Source of the DNA: Chlorokybus atmophyticus
Taxonomy: Eukaryota > Plantae > Mesostigma and Chlorokybus algae
Assembly (NCBI GenBank): GCA_009103225.1
Contig: RHPI01003389.1
Span: 725,162 to 789,161, forward strand
DNA length: 64,000 nt
Direction: 5' to 3'
Shown here: in pieces, positions 1 to 12,108 of the stretch
Layout of the letters: each line of letters opens with the position of its first letter
How positions within the stretch are numbered: position 1 is the stretch's first letter
Translations under genes and position numbers: made by a program
Notes under the pieces: model-generated
What the model was told of the DNA's origin: nothing
Databases searched by the model: none
The model's input: the letters and a program-made list of their open reading frames with translations, nothing else

Positions 1-1120
1 AGCTGGCATATAGTCGAACCACATTGATGCGCCTCAAAGAACTTAGCAAAGTTAGTCAGCAAACCTACACGCTGAGATGAAACATCGTACCGGTTGAACT
101 CATGAGATGATAAATACTCTACCATGAGTACCACAGGTCCAACATCATTTGACTCTTTTAAAGGCCAAGCTCAGTCGAGCTCGTTCACGGCTGACAGATT
201 GCAAGCTTTAAAGCCATAGTCACATAGTATGCCAAACGCGTATAGTAATGCAGTACGCAAAGTACGCAGCAATTAAGCGTAGGGTTAGCGATAAGCTACA
301 TGCAGCAACAGTTTGCAAAACTGTAAAAGTCATAATATAAATGATTAGTGATTAGTGAATGACGGCAACAAGGTAAGACCATCTTACTACATATACACAT
401 GCACATTGGTGCGTGTAAAGCAAGTCAATAGCAGCGAGCGTGTGTTGTGCAATTAAGCACTAACCAACAGTAACAAGCAACTTACACGTTGAGATGCATC
501 TCGATATTATGAAACATCATGCCGGTTAAACTCGTAAGCCGTTAAAGTACGCTGTCATCAGAATCACAGATCCAACATTCGTCAACGATTTTATATGCCG
601 AGCTCAATCAAGCTCGTCTTGCGCCTCCACTGCTAACAGATTCGCAAGGCTTACAGTCATGGTCACATATATGCAATATGCGTACTAACATGCAATATGC
701 AAAATATTCAAGAACTATGCGCAGGGTCAGCATTGTGCTGTATGCAGAAGCTGTTTGCAAAACAGCCAAAGTCGCAACACAAGTGATTTGAGTTGAGCGG
801 CATACGGCAGCAAGGCAAGGCATTATGGCACTCGATACACACACATGTACATGGGTGCGTGTAAAGCAAGGCAACAGCAGCTAGCATTTAATCGAATCAC
901 AGTGATGCGCCCATAAGAACTAACCAACAACAGCAAGCAACCTACACGATGAGCTGAAATATCGTGCCGGTTGAACTCGTTAGCCGGTAAAGAACTCTTC
1001 CATCGATACCACATGTCTAACGCTCTCGAGCGCTTTGCAATGCCAAGCATCAATCGAGCTCGTCCAGCGCCTCCACAGCTAACATATTTGTAAGCCCTCA
1101 AGTTATAGTCACATGATAAA
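1..1120. repeat. Degenerate tandem repeat, ~430-460 bp unit, about 2.5-3 copies
   Basis: Blocks recur at this period, e.g. aacctacacg..tgaaa.atcgt.ccggttgaactc near 61, 479 and 939, and agctc.atc.agctcgt near 169, 601 and 1047. The spacer ggtgcgtgtaaagcaag recurs near 407 and 854. Confidence 0.8.
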
Positions 1121-2510
1121 TCGCAATACGTAAAATAAGCGTAGTATTTTGTTGATTGCCGCGTATTATTTCACTACGTTTAAAATTAATTTTACAATGT
1201 AATATGTTGTTTGTTAAAAATGTGAAGTTATTGTATTGAACAACGCAATTATGTAATATTGTATAATTATGCGTCAGCAGTTATTGTTATTTGTTAAACA
1301 GGTGTTAAATAAAACAACTTATATACTTCCTGCATGATCTTGCATTATATACACGCAAATGCATATGTTTAAAACATTGTGGAACATGGCATAGTATTTT
1401 GATTCATGTCTTATTTTACGCAGCTGTAATGACGTCAAGTCATATGATTGCACATGAAGTAGAGAGCTTGAAAGTTAATTATATGCAATATATGTGCATG
1501 TATATACCTGACAACCACACTATATTTACACCTTTTGAACAACTTGTGTGATTATTGTAAGTGATCTCATGTAATGCGCATCATTAACGAGTGTAAGCAC
1601 ATGTGCTCGCATGCGCACTTTTGACCTTATGGATCGATGCTCCGTCGCTTTCTTATTTATTTGAAAATCAAGAGCGATCGCATGATACAATAATTAAAAC
1701 CATGGCTGTACGCCATAACTCAAATGCTTAAGCTAAAAACCGGGTGCCAATGACAAAAGTTAAGCCATGCATTCATATGAGGGTATGTTAGGTGTTGTAG
1801 TTTATGCCGTTGTTAATAATCTTGTAACTCTGGTTTATCCCCGACGTAATTTTGTGCATTGGTTTGCTATTTGGATTCGTTGCACAGTTGCATGCTTCTT
1901 GCTTGTACTACAGAGTTTGCATTTATGCATTTTATGTGTTTTGTATACGGCATGGGTCTGTTGCTAACCCTTCAGATGTTTCACTTTCTCTTAGATGGGC
2001 TCAGAAATAAAGGTTGTTAAGTATTTCTAAAAATATTGATCGTAAGATTTTGAGTAAGCGCTAAATTATTTTTCCAGTGGTTTTTTAAATCAATGGATGC
2101 ATTCACCCCACCCTCTTATGATTAAGGGTGATAAACGAGCTGAAAGCATTTTCATTTATTGTAAATATGAGAAATTTGCCGTGTCTTGCTGCATGCGGTA
2201 CATGGGTTTTGTGTCACTCCTATGACGTAACCATCGTAATACATACATTTTGATAGTCACGCTGTTTATTAAACACATACTTTATGTTCAAACACGGTTA
2301 ACACAAAAATTTCACTTATATTAATGACTTTTTATGCATACTATGATGCGAGTTGCATAGTGCTTATTAAACACCTGAAGCTACATCAATCACCGCTACG
2401 TACCTTGCTGATAATATTGTTCAGCATGTTGCAGCAACATGTTACGTTATGAGTACATTACTGTTAGCATGTGGCAAAAGCTTCTGTATAGCATAACCAT
2501 GCACTTTAGA

Positions 2511-2829
2511 ATCATACACGAGGCTATCATAACTTCCAGTCTGCACAATCTTATAACACGTCAATGAATATCAGATGAGTTTGCATTACGCAAAAACAAG
2601 GACAACATTAACTTCAATTCAATTCATACACGAGGCTATCATAGCTTTCAGTCTGCATAATCTTGCAACACGTTAAAGAATTTAAGATGAGTTGCATTAT
2701 GTCATGAGGCATTCACCTGTGATGAGATGTTTGGTTACGAACTTGCAATTGGAGTTAATGATGTCCTTGTTTTGACGTGATGCAACTCCAATTCAAAGTT
2801 TGTAACCAAACATCTCATTACAAGTGAAT
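2511..2829. repeat. Direct-repeat plus inverted-repeat cluster (MITE-like or foldback remnant)
   Basis: ~80 bp direct repeats at 2512-2590 and 2624-2701. ~46 bp inverted arms at 2711-2756 and 2784-2829. Segment 2746-2790 is also the reverse complement of ~2578-2620. Confidence 0.75.
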
Positions 2830-3071
2830 ATCTTATTCACTGGGTTTTTATGCATTGATTGCATTAAATCAATCAAGCAAAGTCAGTGGATATGATCAAG
2901 CTAACATGAAGTCTACCATTTGGAAAACATGTACAAACGATGATAACCCAATTAATACTACCATTATAAACTCACTACATGTGCTAGTTAATAATGTAGC
3001 CAACATGCTGAATGTGTACTCATATCATAACGCAAGACATTCAGCAAATGCATTGCATATGAATGAAGCAA

Positions 3072-3196
3072 GTGTGTGTGTGCGTGTGTGTGTGTATAAA
3101 GGGTATGGTACTATGGCAACATGCATGGTGTGCGGGCAATGTGTGTGTGTGTATGTATATATATATATCTATATATATATATGTATACATATATAT
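3072..3196. repeat. (GT)n / (AT)n microsatellites
   Basis: Visible dinucleotide runs. Confidence 0.9.
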
Positions 3197-4212
3197 CATG
3201 TAGACAATTGTTTGATGTTGTTTATAAGATACATGAATGTGTTAAGTACAAAACATACTTGAACATCGCATTATGATTGATAGCGTCAAAGGATAATGCA
3301 TGCAATGTGAATGTAAACGCATACATTAACCATTCACTTCACACAATACGTCCCAGCCTGTAAAGTCAATGGTGCATTAATGATTCACACGTAAAACATG
3401 TTGGCAAGAACTGTCCTCAAGTATTTTGAAAAATGCATTGCTTGTATTGTCGCTGATTACGGTAATATGATTGTGCAGCTATCTTACAAAGCCATCAATG
3501 TTTGTGTGACCCGATAGCTTAGGTAACTTGAGCCAAGGCCTTTGTGAAGGTGTTATAAGCATGTGATGGAAGCTCGTTCTTACATGTCAATGCCAACATG
3601 TCAGAAATGTAAATTAGATGGACCCTACCCAACATCAAGCTATTAACTTAAAATAGTCAACCAACGAGTTGGTCATGTCACAGCACTGCCTAAGACATGC
3701 TTATTACGCACAAGCTGAGCCTACGAGGAGCCAACCTTGCATACACGAGCAGCTCTGTTTTGCAAGGCCCTGTCACGCTTCAAGGTGCTGTCCGTGCCAT
3801 GGATGTACGAAACAGTAGTGTGCAGCACTCATGCAGAGACCACTGCCTACAGGTGCATTTGGTACATGCAGAATCAGCTCCAAGTGCAATAACAGTCGCC
3901 ACGGTGAGGTTGCTAAGCGAGTATGCACCTGAGAGCTTTAAGGGCACCCCACTCAATCTTATTACAAGGGCTGCAGAAGGCACCCATACACACCAAAGCA
4001 CAGTTGCAGCCTGCAGTGTTCAGCGCTGGTCTACAGCTGTAAACTGCGCTGAGATCATTTGCAGCCCAAACAACTGATGAACAGGACCGTTGACTACTCA
4101 CAGCATGTGTGCTGTACATACAAGTACTATTTACCGCCTATTCCTTGACAGATATCTTCGGTGTCTGCTGTGCGCCCGCCACGTGCTCACCCACACCCTG
4201 CTGAGCTGAAGG

Positions 4213-4739
4213 CTAGTCGGAATGTGGTTCATAGTTTGCCATCTCTGCAGTATACCTCTCCTTGTCCTTCTCAGCTTTCTGGACGTACGGCTGCATAACC
4301 AATGTTGTCAGTACAGTGCTCAGACAATCCACAACGCAGCTTGTGGCTTGTCACACAAAGTCGCCACGTTAGCAACGATATGTGGTTCCCGTTACATGCA
4401 GCCCGCGCAAGACACATACTACAGTATAATGCAAGCAACCAGCAGTCTCAAAACAAGACCCCATGCTGTGCGACAACAACACAAGACGTCTGTGACATCG
4501 TGACATGGCAACTTGCGTACACATCTTGACAACAGCTACCCGCTTACCCGCTTCTCTTTGTCGGACATGCTGCTCCACTCCTGTCCAAGGATCTTCCCAA
4601 TCTCGCCGAAGCTCACGTCAGGGTTCTCTGCCTTGATGTCCTCCCGGCGGTCTTTGCAGAAGAACATGTAGGGGGCCAGAGGGCGTTTTGGTGCATTGGG
4701 GTCCTTCTTCTTCTTGTCCTTGCGTGCTGCCTTAGGCAT
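4213..4739 (-). CDS. Single HMG-box protein (Nhp6/HMGB-like), 89 aa, 2 coding exons (4739-4548, 4290-4213)
   Basis: Spliced product MPKAARKDKKKKDPNAPKRPLAPYMFFCKDRREDIKAENPDVSFGEIGKILGQEWSSMSDKEKR|PYVQKAEKDKERYTAEMANYEPHSD*. It has the KDPNAPKRP HMG-box signature and a phase-0 GT-AG intron. Confidence 0.95.
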
Positions 4740-4949
4740 GGCTGCTGTGCAGAGGAGCGCTCGCGCTGCACCTGTCGCTGATGCTGTTAGAGCTGCTTGC
4801 ACCTCCACAACTCCGCAAGCGAACCTCCCGCACGTACAGCCCCAAGTCACGCGACGAGAGCCAAACCAGCCTTCAGCCCGAGCGCTGCTGCCTGTGTACA
4901 CTGACAAACCCTCGCAAAGCCTCCACCGCACACCCGCCTGCCCTTGCCG

Positions 4950-4957
4950 AAACCCTA
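4950..4957. promoter_or_regulatory. Telo-box (AAACCCTA) upstream of the HMG-box start codon
   Basis: Exact motif in the GC-rich 5' region of the gene. Confidence 0.45.
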
Positions 4958-6073
4958 GCCAACGAGATCGCCCCGCCGCCCTTCACCCCCGCCTACGCCC
5001 CCCACCAGGCCAGCACAACGCCACACTTTTCAAACAAACACCACCAGCGCGCGCAGCAGGGCCGAAAATTCTACTTACGCCTAACCACGCTAGGCACAGC
5101 TTCCCCCCGCCCAGCCCAGGCAAGGCGACCCCCAAGCTTTTAGCGGGCGGGGCGGAGAGCAGCAAAGCCAGCAGCAGCAGCAGATCTTAACGCGTTTTGC
5201 GGGGGCGGGGTTGCAGGCAGTTTGGGTGCAGCGGGGAGGGGCGTGTTCGGTACGAATTGCCTGTGCGGGCCCCGCAGGCGATCTGCCTCTTGCTTGTAAC
5301 TAGATACGGCTCCTGGCGTGTTTTGATGACGATACGCGGCGTCACCTAAACGTCACGTGACTTAACCAGTTTGAAAATGCGTGCAGTTTGAAACTGGTTG
5401 GGCGCAACGACATTGCCGCGCAAACTTTTCGCGTCCAGCGGCGTCGGCACGGTGCCAGCTGCTTTCCAGACTCGGACGCAACAGGCCGGCGCTGAGTTCC
5501 TATGGCGCTCTATCCTACATATAAGCATATCGCATTGGCTTTGAGCTTGAACATCATCATAAAGAATGTGTGTTCCGCGCTATCAGTGCCTCCATTATAC
5601 AAATATGCATACATAACATACAAGAGTTGCGGTAAAGCAAACTTTGAGATTGATTACAGTGCAAATGCAACTATAAATAACAATCAGCAAACAACAAGCT
5701 AGCAATTTCAGTGGGGGCCAAGACAGGTTTTATCGCAAGTACTACAATTGGACTTAGCGACCCTCAGGCAACAGGGTGGGTGTGGGCGCAAGGGCATGGA
5801 GATAACAAGCATGGGAACCACCTGGCAAAGCGGAGGAGGCGGGCAGAGGGAGAGGTTAGCCCCGGGCAAAGTAGGCGGCAGCATGCATGACGCTGACTTG
5901 ACGACGCTGACGACAACTGCTTGGCCCCGCCTCAGCCTGCAGCGCACGAGGTCTTAAGGAGCGTTCTTTTGGGTCTTACACCGCCTGGCGCTGCATACCC
6001 TGCAGCTCATTTGCGCATAGCATGGCATTTGTGAGTCAGCATAGGCTGCCGTTAGGCAAGATAGCCGTTAAGC

Positions 6074-6106
6074 TAGGGTTAGGGCAGGGTTAGGCTCAGG
6101 TCAGGG
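6074..6106 (+). repeat. Degenerate telomere-like G-rich tract
   Basis: tagggttagggcagggttaggctcaggtcaggg. Confidence 0.5.
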
Positions 6107-7166
6107 TGCCACATCTGCATGGCAATGCTTTAGTAGTCAGTGCATGCATAATGCATGAGCTGTAACAGCCGCTAGTGCATGCACACTAATTACACACATT
6201 AGCATGAGCAGCACAGAGTGCCATGAATGTAATTGCAGGACAGTATACGAAGCAGAAAGCAAAATGTGACGTACATGACGTACATATGTATCATGTACAT
6301 ATGCAATCTAACCATACAAGTATGCACAGCACACACACGCAGAATAGCAAACCAGCAAAGCAAACAATAATCTACCCACAGGGCCAAAGCTACACCGGTG
6401 TAATACGATGTGTATGTGTCTATGTGCGTGCAAGGCGGGCAAGCATGCACAGTAGGTAGTGTCAAGTTTGGGCTTGGCAACGTTTGCATGCCTATAGTGG
6501 CATTGAAAATGATAATTATTTTCAATAGTTTATTGTGCAATGCACTCACTTAACAAGTCGTACATAATGTATGTAATGTCGAATATGTAGAGTACTAGCA
6601 TTGCATGGTAGTTTGATTATGTTGTATTCGCATTATACGTATATAACATGAACTGCAAAACACGTTGTACGTATCGTGCAATCATACATTAAAACATGAT
6701 GTTGATATAAACTGGCATAAAACTTGCAAAGTTTACGAAAGTCAAGAGCAACTTCATCATGAAGTGTTTCTGCAGCACAAGTGTGCACACCAACGCCGTG
6801 TATTCAGAATACAAGATCATAAAATGTTAGCTGCACTATACCAACGGAGCCTTTGAAATATTACAAACGACGTTTAAGCCGATGACATAGAGGGCCTTAT
6901 GCACCAGCCATAACGGCTTAATGTACATATGGTTATAGGATATGTAGCTCTTTGGATGACGGCAACTTCAGAGCCTTATGATTATGCGCCGTGTGACATT
7001 AAGCCCATCAATGGTATATATCATCTACCCCAAGATGCCACGCTTAATAATAATAATAATACAAGGATGATGCATTGCCACGTATGGGACCCGCAAGTTG
7101 TAGTTGTTGTTTTATCAAGTATCATCACTAACATTATAAACAGCGCATGGTCTGTCTGTATGTTCG

Positions 7167-7190
7167 TTCGGCCGCCACGTGGCGGCCGAA
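7167..7190. repeat. Perfect 24-bp GC-rich palindrome
   Basis: ttcggccgccac|gtggcggccgaa is self-complementary. Confidence 0.9.
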
Positions 7191-7559
7191 ATTTATGAAT
7201 GTCGGCCATATTGCCTTGTGGCACTGCCGAAACTGTGCGGCAAGTTGGCCAGTATATTAATCGAATAGATTGCATTGGGGGACACCACCGTCGCGATCGG
7301 GGGCCCCAATGCAATGCAAAAGAAATGGCGACCTTATGCGCCTCAATAGTCGCATAAAGTCGCCGACCGTCCGATCAAGCTAATAAGTGGTTTGGTCGAT
7401 CGGACGGCCAGTGGTTGCTGCCGCGCGATTTGCAATACATGACGCGGCAACGAGTATACCGCTGCGCCGCCAACGTCACATCACGCAGCAGGCAGCAGTT
7501 GCGGCAGTTGCAAGCTGGCGGTAGCGGCGGCGGCGGCGGCGGCGGCCAGTAGGGAAAAA

Positions 7560-8090
7560 GCGGCGACAGCACTCAGTCACCCTGCGCCCGCCCTCACCTT
7601 CTCTTGGTAAGCGCTCAGCTTGCATGCTTTACTTTAAGTCCGCCCCCCAAGCACTCACTACAAGCACTCACTCAAGCACTCACTACCTCATACACAGGCG
7701 CTGCCAGCAGCAAGGCCACAGCGGCGGCAGCACTCAGCTATCCCCTGTGCCCCAACCTTCTCTTGGTAAGCGCTCAGCTTGCATGCTTTACTTTAAGTCC
7801 GCCCCCCACTGGCTTGGTCAAGCACTCACTACCTTACACACAGGCGCTGCCAGCAGCAAGGCCACACAGGCGGCAGCACTCAGCTATCTCCTGCGCCCCC
7901 ACCTTCTCTTGGTAAGCTCGCTCAGCTGGCATGCTTTACAAGCCCGCCCCCCCATCTGTTCAAGCCCGTACTACCTCACACACAGGTGGCAGCCACTACC
8001 AGCAGCAAGGCCACAGCTGCGGCAGCACTCAGCCATTCTCTGCGCCCGCCCCCACCTTCTTTTGGTGAGTGAGAGCTTGCTCAGCTTGCA
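7560..8090. repeat. ~150 bp tandem repeat, 4 copies, inside the Helitron
   Basis: The anchor cagcactcag sits at 7567, 7728, 7874 and 8023, each followed by ctg.gccc..ccttct.ttggt.ag.. Confidence 0.9.
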
Positions 8091-8154
8091 TGTATGTCTG
8101 CACTCACCCCACTACCTGCCCGTTCACCTGGCCATGTGTGTGCAGTGGACATAC

Positions 8155-8318
8155 NNNNNNNNNNNNNNNNNNNNNNNNNNNNNNNNNNNNNNNNNNNNNN
8201 NNNNNNNNNNNNNNNNNNNNNNNNNNNNNNNNNNNNNNNNNNNNNNNNNNNNNNNNNNNNNNNNNNNNNNNNNNNNNNNNNNNNNNNNNNNNNNNNNNNN
8301 NNNNNNNNNNNNNNNNNN
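8155..8318. other. Assembly gap followed by poly-C
   Basis: Run of N. Confidence 1.
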
Positions 8319-8716
8319 CCCCCCCCCCCCCCCCCCCCCCGCTTTCTCAGTCGGACGCTGCACTTGCTGGCCACCTCAACGCTCTGCACTCTCCCTTCCT
8401 CTGGCCACATTGTATGTAGGAGGTAGCATGTTGTGATGTTATTGTATTGTATTGTGGAAAGCCGTATGTATGTATATGGTGAAAGGTGATAGTTGTATGC
8501 ATGTTAAGTTGCTGCGCATTGTATGCTTGAGATTAGCTTATCATATCAACAATTTTGGTCTGACCAAGCAGTTTGTAATGTTAGTGAGTGAGCTAGCTGT
8601 TTGCATAGTTGGTGGAAGGTGATAGTTGTATGAATGTGCAAGTTGTTCATCATATGCTTGGGAGTAGCTTTGCATATCGGGAAATGCTGTCTCACCAAGT
8701 ATTATGTGCAGTGTCA

Positions 8717-9515
8717 ATGAGTGAGCCAGTGTCAGTGCATGCCGAGCCAAGCAAGACATTTGACAGTGACAGTGACTCAGACATTGATCTTGAGAAGGTA
8801 GCTTGCATATGTACAATGTATGCGTGTACACATTTTTTTGCAGCAACTGAACAATGTTCTTGGTGTGCAGTATTCAGAGACAGATTTGCAAGATTTGAGA
8901 AAGTCGGGCTTGCTGACTCAACGACAAGAGGAGAAGGCCGCGGCTTTGGCTTTGTGTTTACATCGACAGTGTGTGGAGTTGCCTCAACTATTTGCTCAGT
9001 GTCCTCCTTCTCAAACATCTGCGCCGGTGGGTCCGTCCCGCGATGAGCTGTTTCGAGCAGTGAAATGCTTGAATGTGGTGTGCAAAAAGTTGAGGCATGA
9101 TAATGGGAGGTTGGAAGGGTTGTTGGAAGCTTCAGTCAGTCGTGAGCATAAGTACTTGCAAACCATACAAGAACAAGAGTCTGTTTCTCATCGACGCATG
9201 CTGGCTTTACGTGAACGGAGTGAGAAGTTGGCATTAGAAGTTCAAGGACTTGATGTAGCACTTGCCAAAGCTTCAGCAGATAGTGACAAGTATCGTGTTG
9301 AAGCAGGGTTGTATAATAAGTGGCTTGATGATACACGCTTTGAAGAACAGATTATGTATCGTAAACGCAAGAAGTGGTTGGATGATAGTGCGATAGTAGA
9401 AAAGAAGAATGCAGAGCTTGCCGAAGGTGTAAAGCGTGCATTCCTTTGTATATATCATAATTTGTTTGGAGGTTGTCAGTACGGTAGCAAGTGTAAAGGA
9501 GTACATATAGATTGA
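8717..9515 (+). CDS. Coiled-coil protein with a C-terminal CCCH zinc finger (Helitron cargo), ~250 aa
   Basis: Exon 8717-8797 (MSEPVSVHAEPSKTFDSDSDSDIDLEK) joins through a 46-bp GT-AG intron to the open exon 8844-9515. A heptad-rich middle ends in CIYHNLFGGCQYGSKCKGVH, which is C-x8-C-x5-C-x3-H. ATG 8820 is an alternative start. Confidence 0.65.
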
Positions 9516-9608
9516 GTAATGAGTTGCTGTGTCAAAGCTGTTGATTGATTTGCTCTACATCAGTAACTCATACATGTATATATGCAGGTGATTATGCACA
9601 CTTGATTA

Positions 9609-12071
9609 ATGGCTGATGACGATGAGAGTGAGCGTTGCAAGCACGCCAGAGCAGCTCAACGACGTCAGCGACGCCTGGACGAGAACACTGAGCAACGAGA
9701 CGCACGATTAAGGCGGCGTCGTGAGCAATATAAAAATACATGTGCTAAAAAGAGATTGCAGCAGCAAGAACTTCAGCAACAACGAGACCACCCACCATCA
9801 AGAGGATTGCAGTTGCAAGAGCAACCAGCTGAGCGAGAAGTTGACAATTACGTGACGGATACACGCACCTCGCAATACCTCAACACTGCTCCTATCACAC
9901 CCAGTGTGGTTCAAGAAGGAGAACAGCCACAACCTGTGCAGCATGTTGCTGTACACGCTGATGAAGCGTCTTACAACAAGCAACCACATCATGTTGATGC
10001 ACCATCCCAGCCGCATGCATTGCTCGCTAATATGGCGACATTGAGCGCACATGTTGCTCAGGCTGTACAGCAGATGGAGACAGACAAAGAGATAAGGCGG
10101 CGGGCTTTCGACGAACACTTGGCCTCAATGCTCAATCCGTTACAGCGTGAGGCATATTGCTACATGCGCACGTGCGGATATACGGTACAAGATGCGTACG
10201 ATGCAGTCAAGAATATGCCGGATCCCACACAACATGAAGGGTTGCCGCATTCGAGCCTGCAACAAGAACGAAATGAAGTGCCCACCTTGCAACCGGATCT
10301 CGAGAGAGATAGGCAGCACGAGCAGCAACCTGGCAATATTGATGAGGCGGGGGGGGGGGGNTGCACACGGATGCGGTATCACATGCGCATACTTTAAGGT
10401 CGGTTAGTGAAGCAAAATTGCAAGCACGGCTACAGCAACAGGCATCCCAACTGCGGCGGGCAGAAGCAGCAAGTCAAAAGCGGCATAGGCGGACAGGACG
10501 ACGAAAGCAACGCGCAATGGTCGGTCGCCAAGCATCGCAACGCCAACTGCTGCTGGACAAAAAAATGATGTACAATGCGGAGGCCGAACGCACCGCGAGA
10601 CTCCGTGCGCAACACACGCCAAACGCGCAACAGCGACAGCGCGAGGCGGATGCCGAACGCATGGCCACGCGACGTGCTGAAGAGACTCCAGGGACACGGC
10701 ATGAACGACTACTGTCGATGGCACAGCGCACCTCTCAGCAACGCGCAGACGAAACCCCAATAACGCATCAGCAACGCTTGGATTCTGATGCGGCTGCACA
10801 TGCCGCCGTGCGCGAACAGCAAACTCCAAACACGAGAGCTGCAGTAAGAGAAGCAGATGCAATTGTCCGACAAACATTGCGTTTTGATCCGGTTGTGACG
10901 CGCAATTCAGCACGCCGAGCTACGTTCACGGAAGCGGACCTGCCGCCCAATGAACGCAGCAACCTGGGCGAGCGCATGACATGCGCAGAGTGTCATGCAA
11001 TTGTTTGGAAAGGCGAACAGGTGAAGCAGGGCGGCGGCTTCTCAATATGTTGCCAAAAGGGGAAAGTGGATTTGCTGTCGCATTTTCCTCCTGAACCACG
11101 TTTTTCAGACCCATTGCACAACCTATTTGTGGGTCAAGACCATGTCGCCAAAGCCTTTCGAGCGAACTCGCGGAAATACAACAGCAACCTGTCTATGGCA
11201 AGCCTGTATCACAAGGTAACCCAGTCTGTGTATGCGACGTTAGCTATTTGTTAAGCAGTGCTTTATGCATTTGACTTACACACAACTATGTTTTTGCCAT
11301 AGGAAACACGCCCTGCTGGCGAGGGCGGTGTATCGGCCTTCACTGTTGAGGGGGCTTTATATCATCGCATGGGCCCGCTACGAGCAGACGCGGATCAATC
11401 ACCCGCTTTTGCACAGCTGTACATACTCGATCCCGATGATGCCGTCAACCGGCGCAGCTCGCGTTTGGGTGCAGCATGCTCCCGCGATGTATTGGACGGA
11501 CTGCATCGCATGTTGCGGGAGGAAAATACTTACGTCTTTGAGTTCATGCAGCTTATGGACATACCTGAAGGAGATGTCGCCGATTATCGGTTAATTATCC
11601 GAACAGATGGTGTACCTGACAAGCGGCGTTACAATGCACCGACCGCAAATGAAGGGTTGGCAATGTTCATGCCGGACAACCCTGACGAGCAGCATAACCG
11701 ACACGAGATCAACATTCGACGACGGGTAACGCAATTATAAACAACGCAATAATGATCCATGATGATGACGTGGTTGCAGTAAGCATTTTGATCTCATAAT
11801 AATGCATCTGTGATACGGGGGGGAGCGATAGAGCGTATCAGCAACCTCAACGGCGCGTATGATCCGCTGCACTTCGTGCTATTTTACCCGTTTGGGGGAA
11901 CGGGATGGCATGACGATATCCCTTTGCGCGGTGGTGTTCGTCGCGAAGGCCGTCAACGGCGCACTGCACGCGAGGAGTGTGAAAACAATCTCGATGAAGA
12001 GGAGCCCAGCAGAGGAGCAAAGCGCAACTTTGTTACCGCTCGCGAATACGCAGCTTTCATGATGATGGTAC

Positions 12072-12108
<37 letters not shown>

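Noticed and set aside
5200-5510. Possible tRNA or snRNA in the GC-rich segment upstream of the HMG-box gene
   Set aside because: No cloverleaf, A/B boxes or snRNA signature could be identified by eye.
7560-8090. Possible CRISPR-like array
   Set aside because: The units are long, diverged tandem copies without unique spacers, in a eukaryotic context with no cas genes.
7624-8436. 270-aa ORF and overlapping ORFs across the satellite and gap
   Set aside because: They are products of the tandem repeat and N-run, with no recognisable domain.
10080-10230. UBA-like motif (YMRTCGYTVQDAYDAV) in the first RepHel exon
   Set aside because: Only a loose resemblance, and the link of this exon to the rest of RepHel crosses an ambiguous G-run with an N at 10361.
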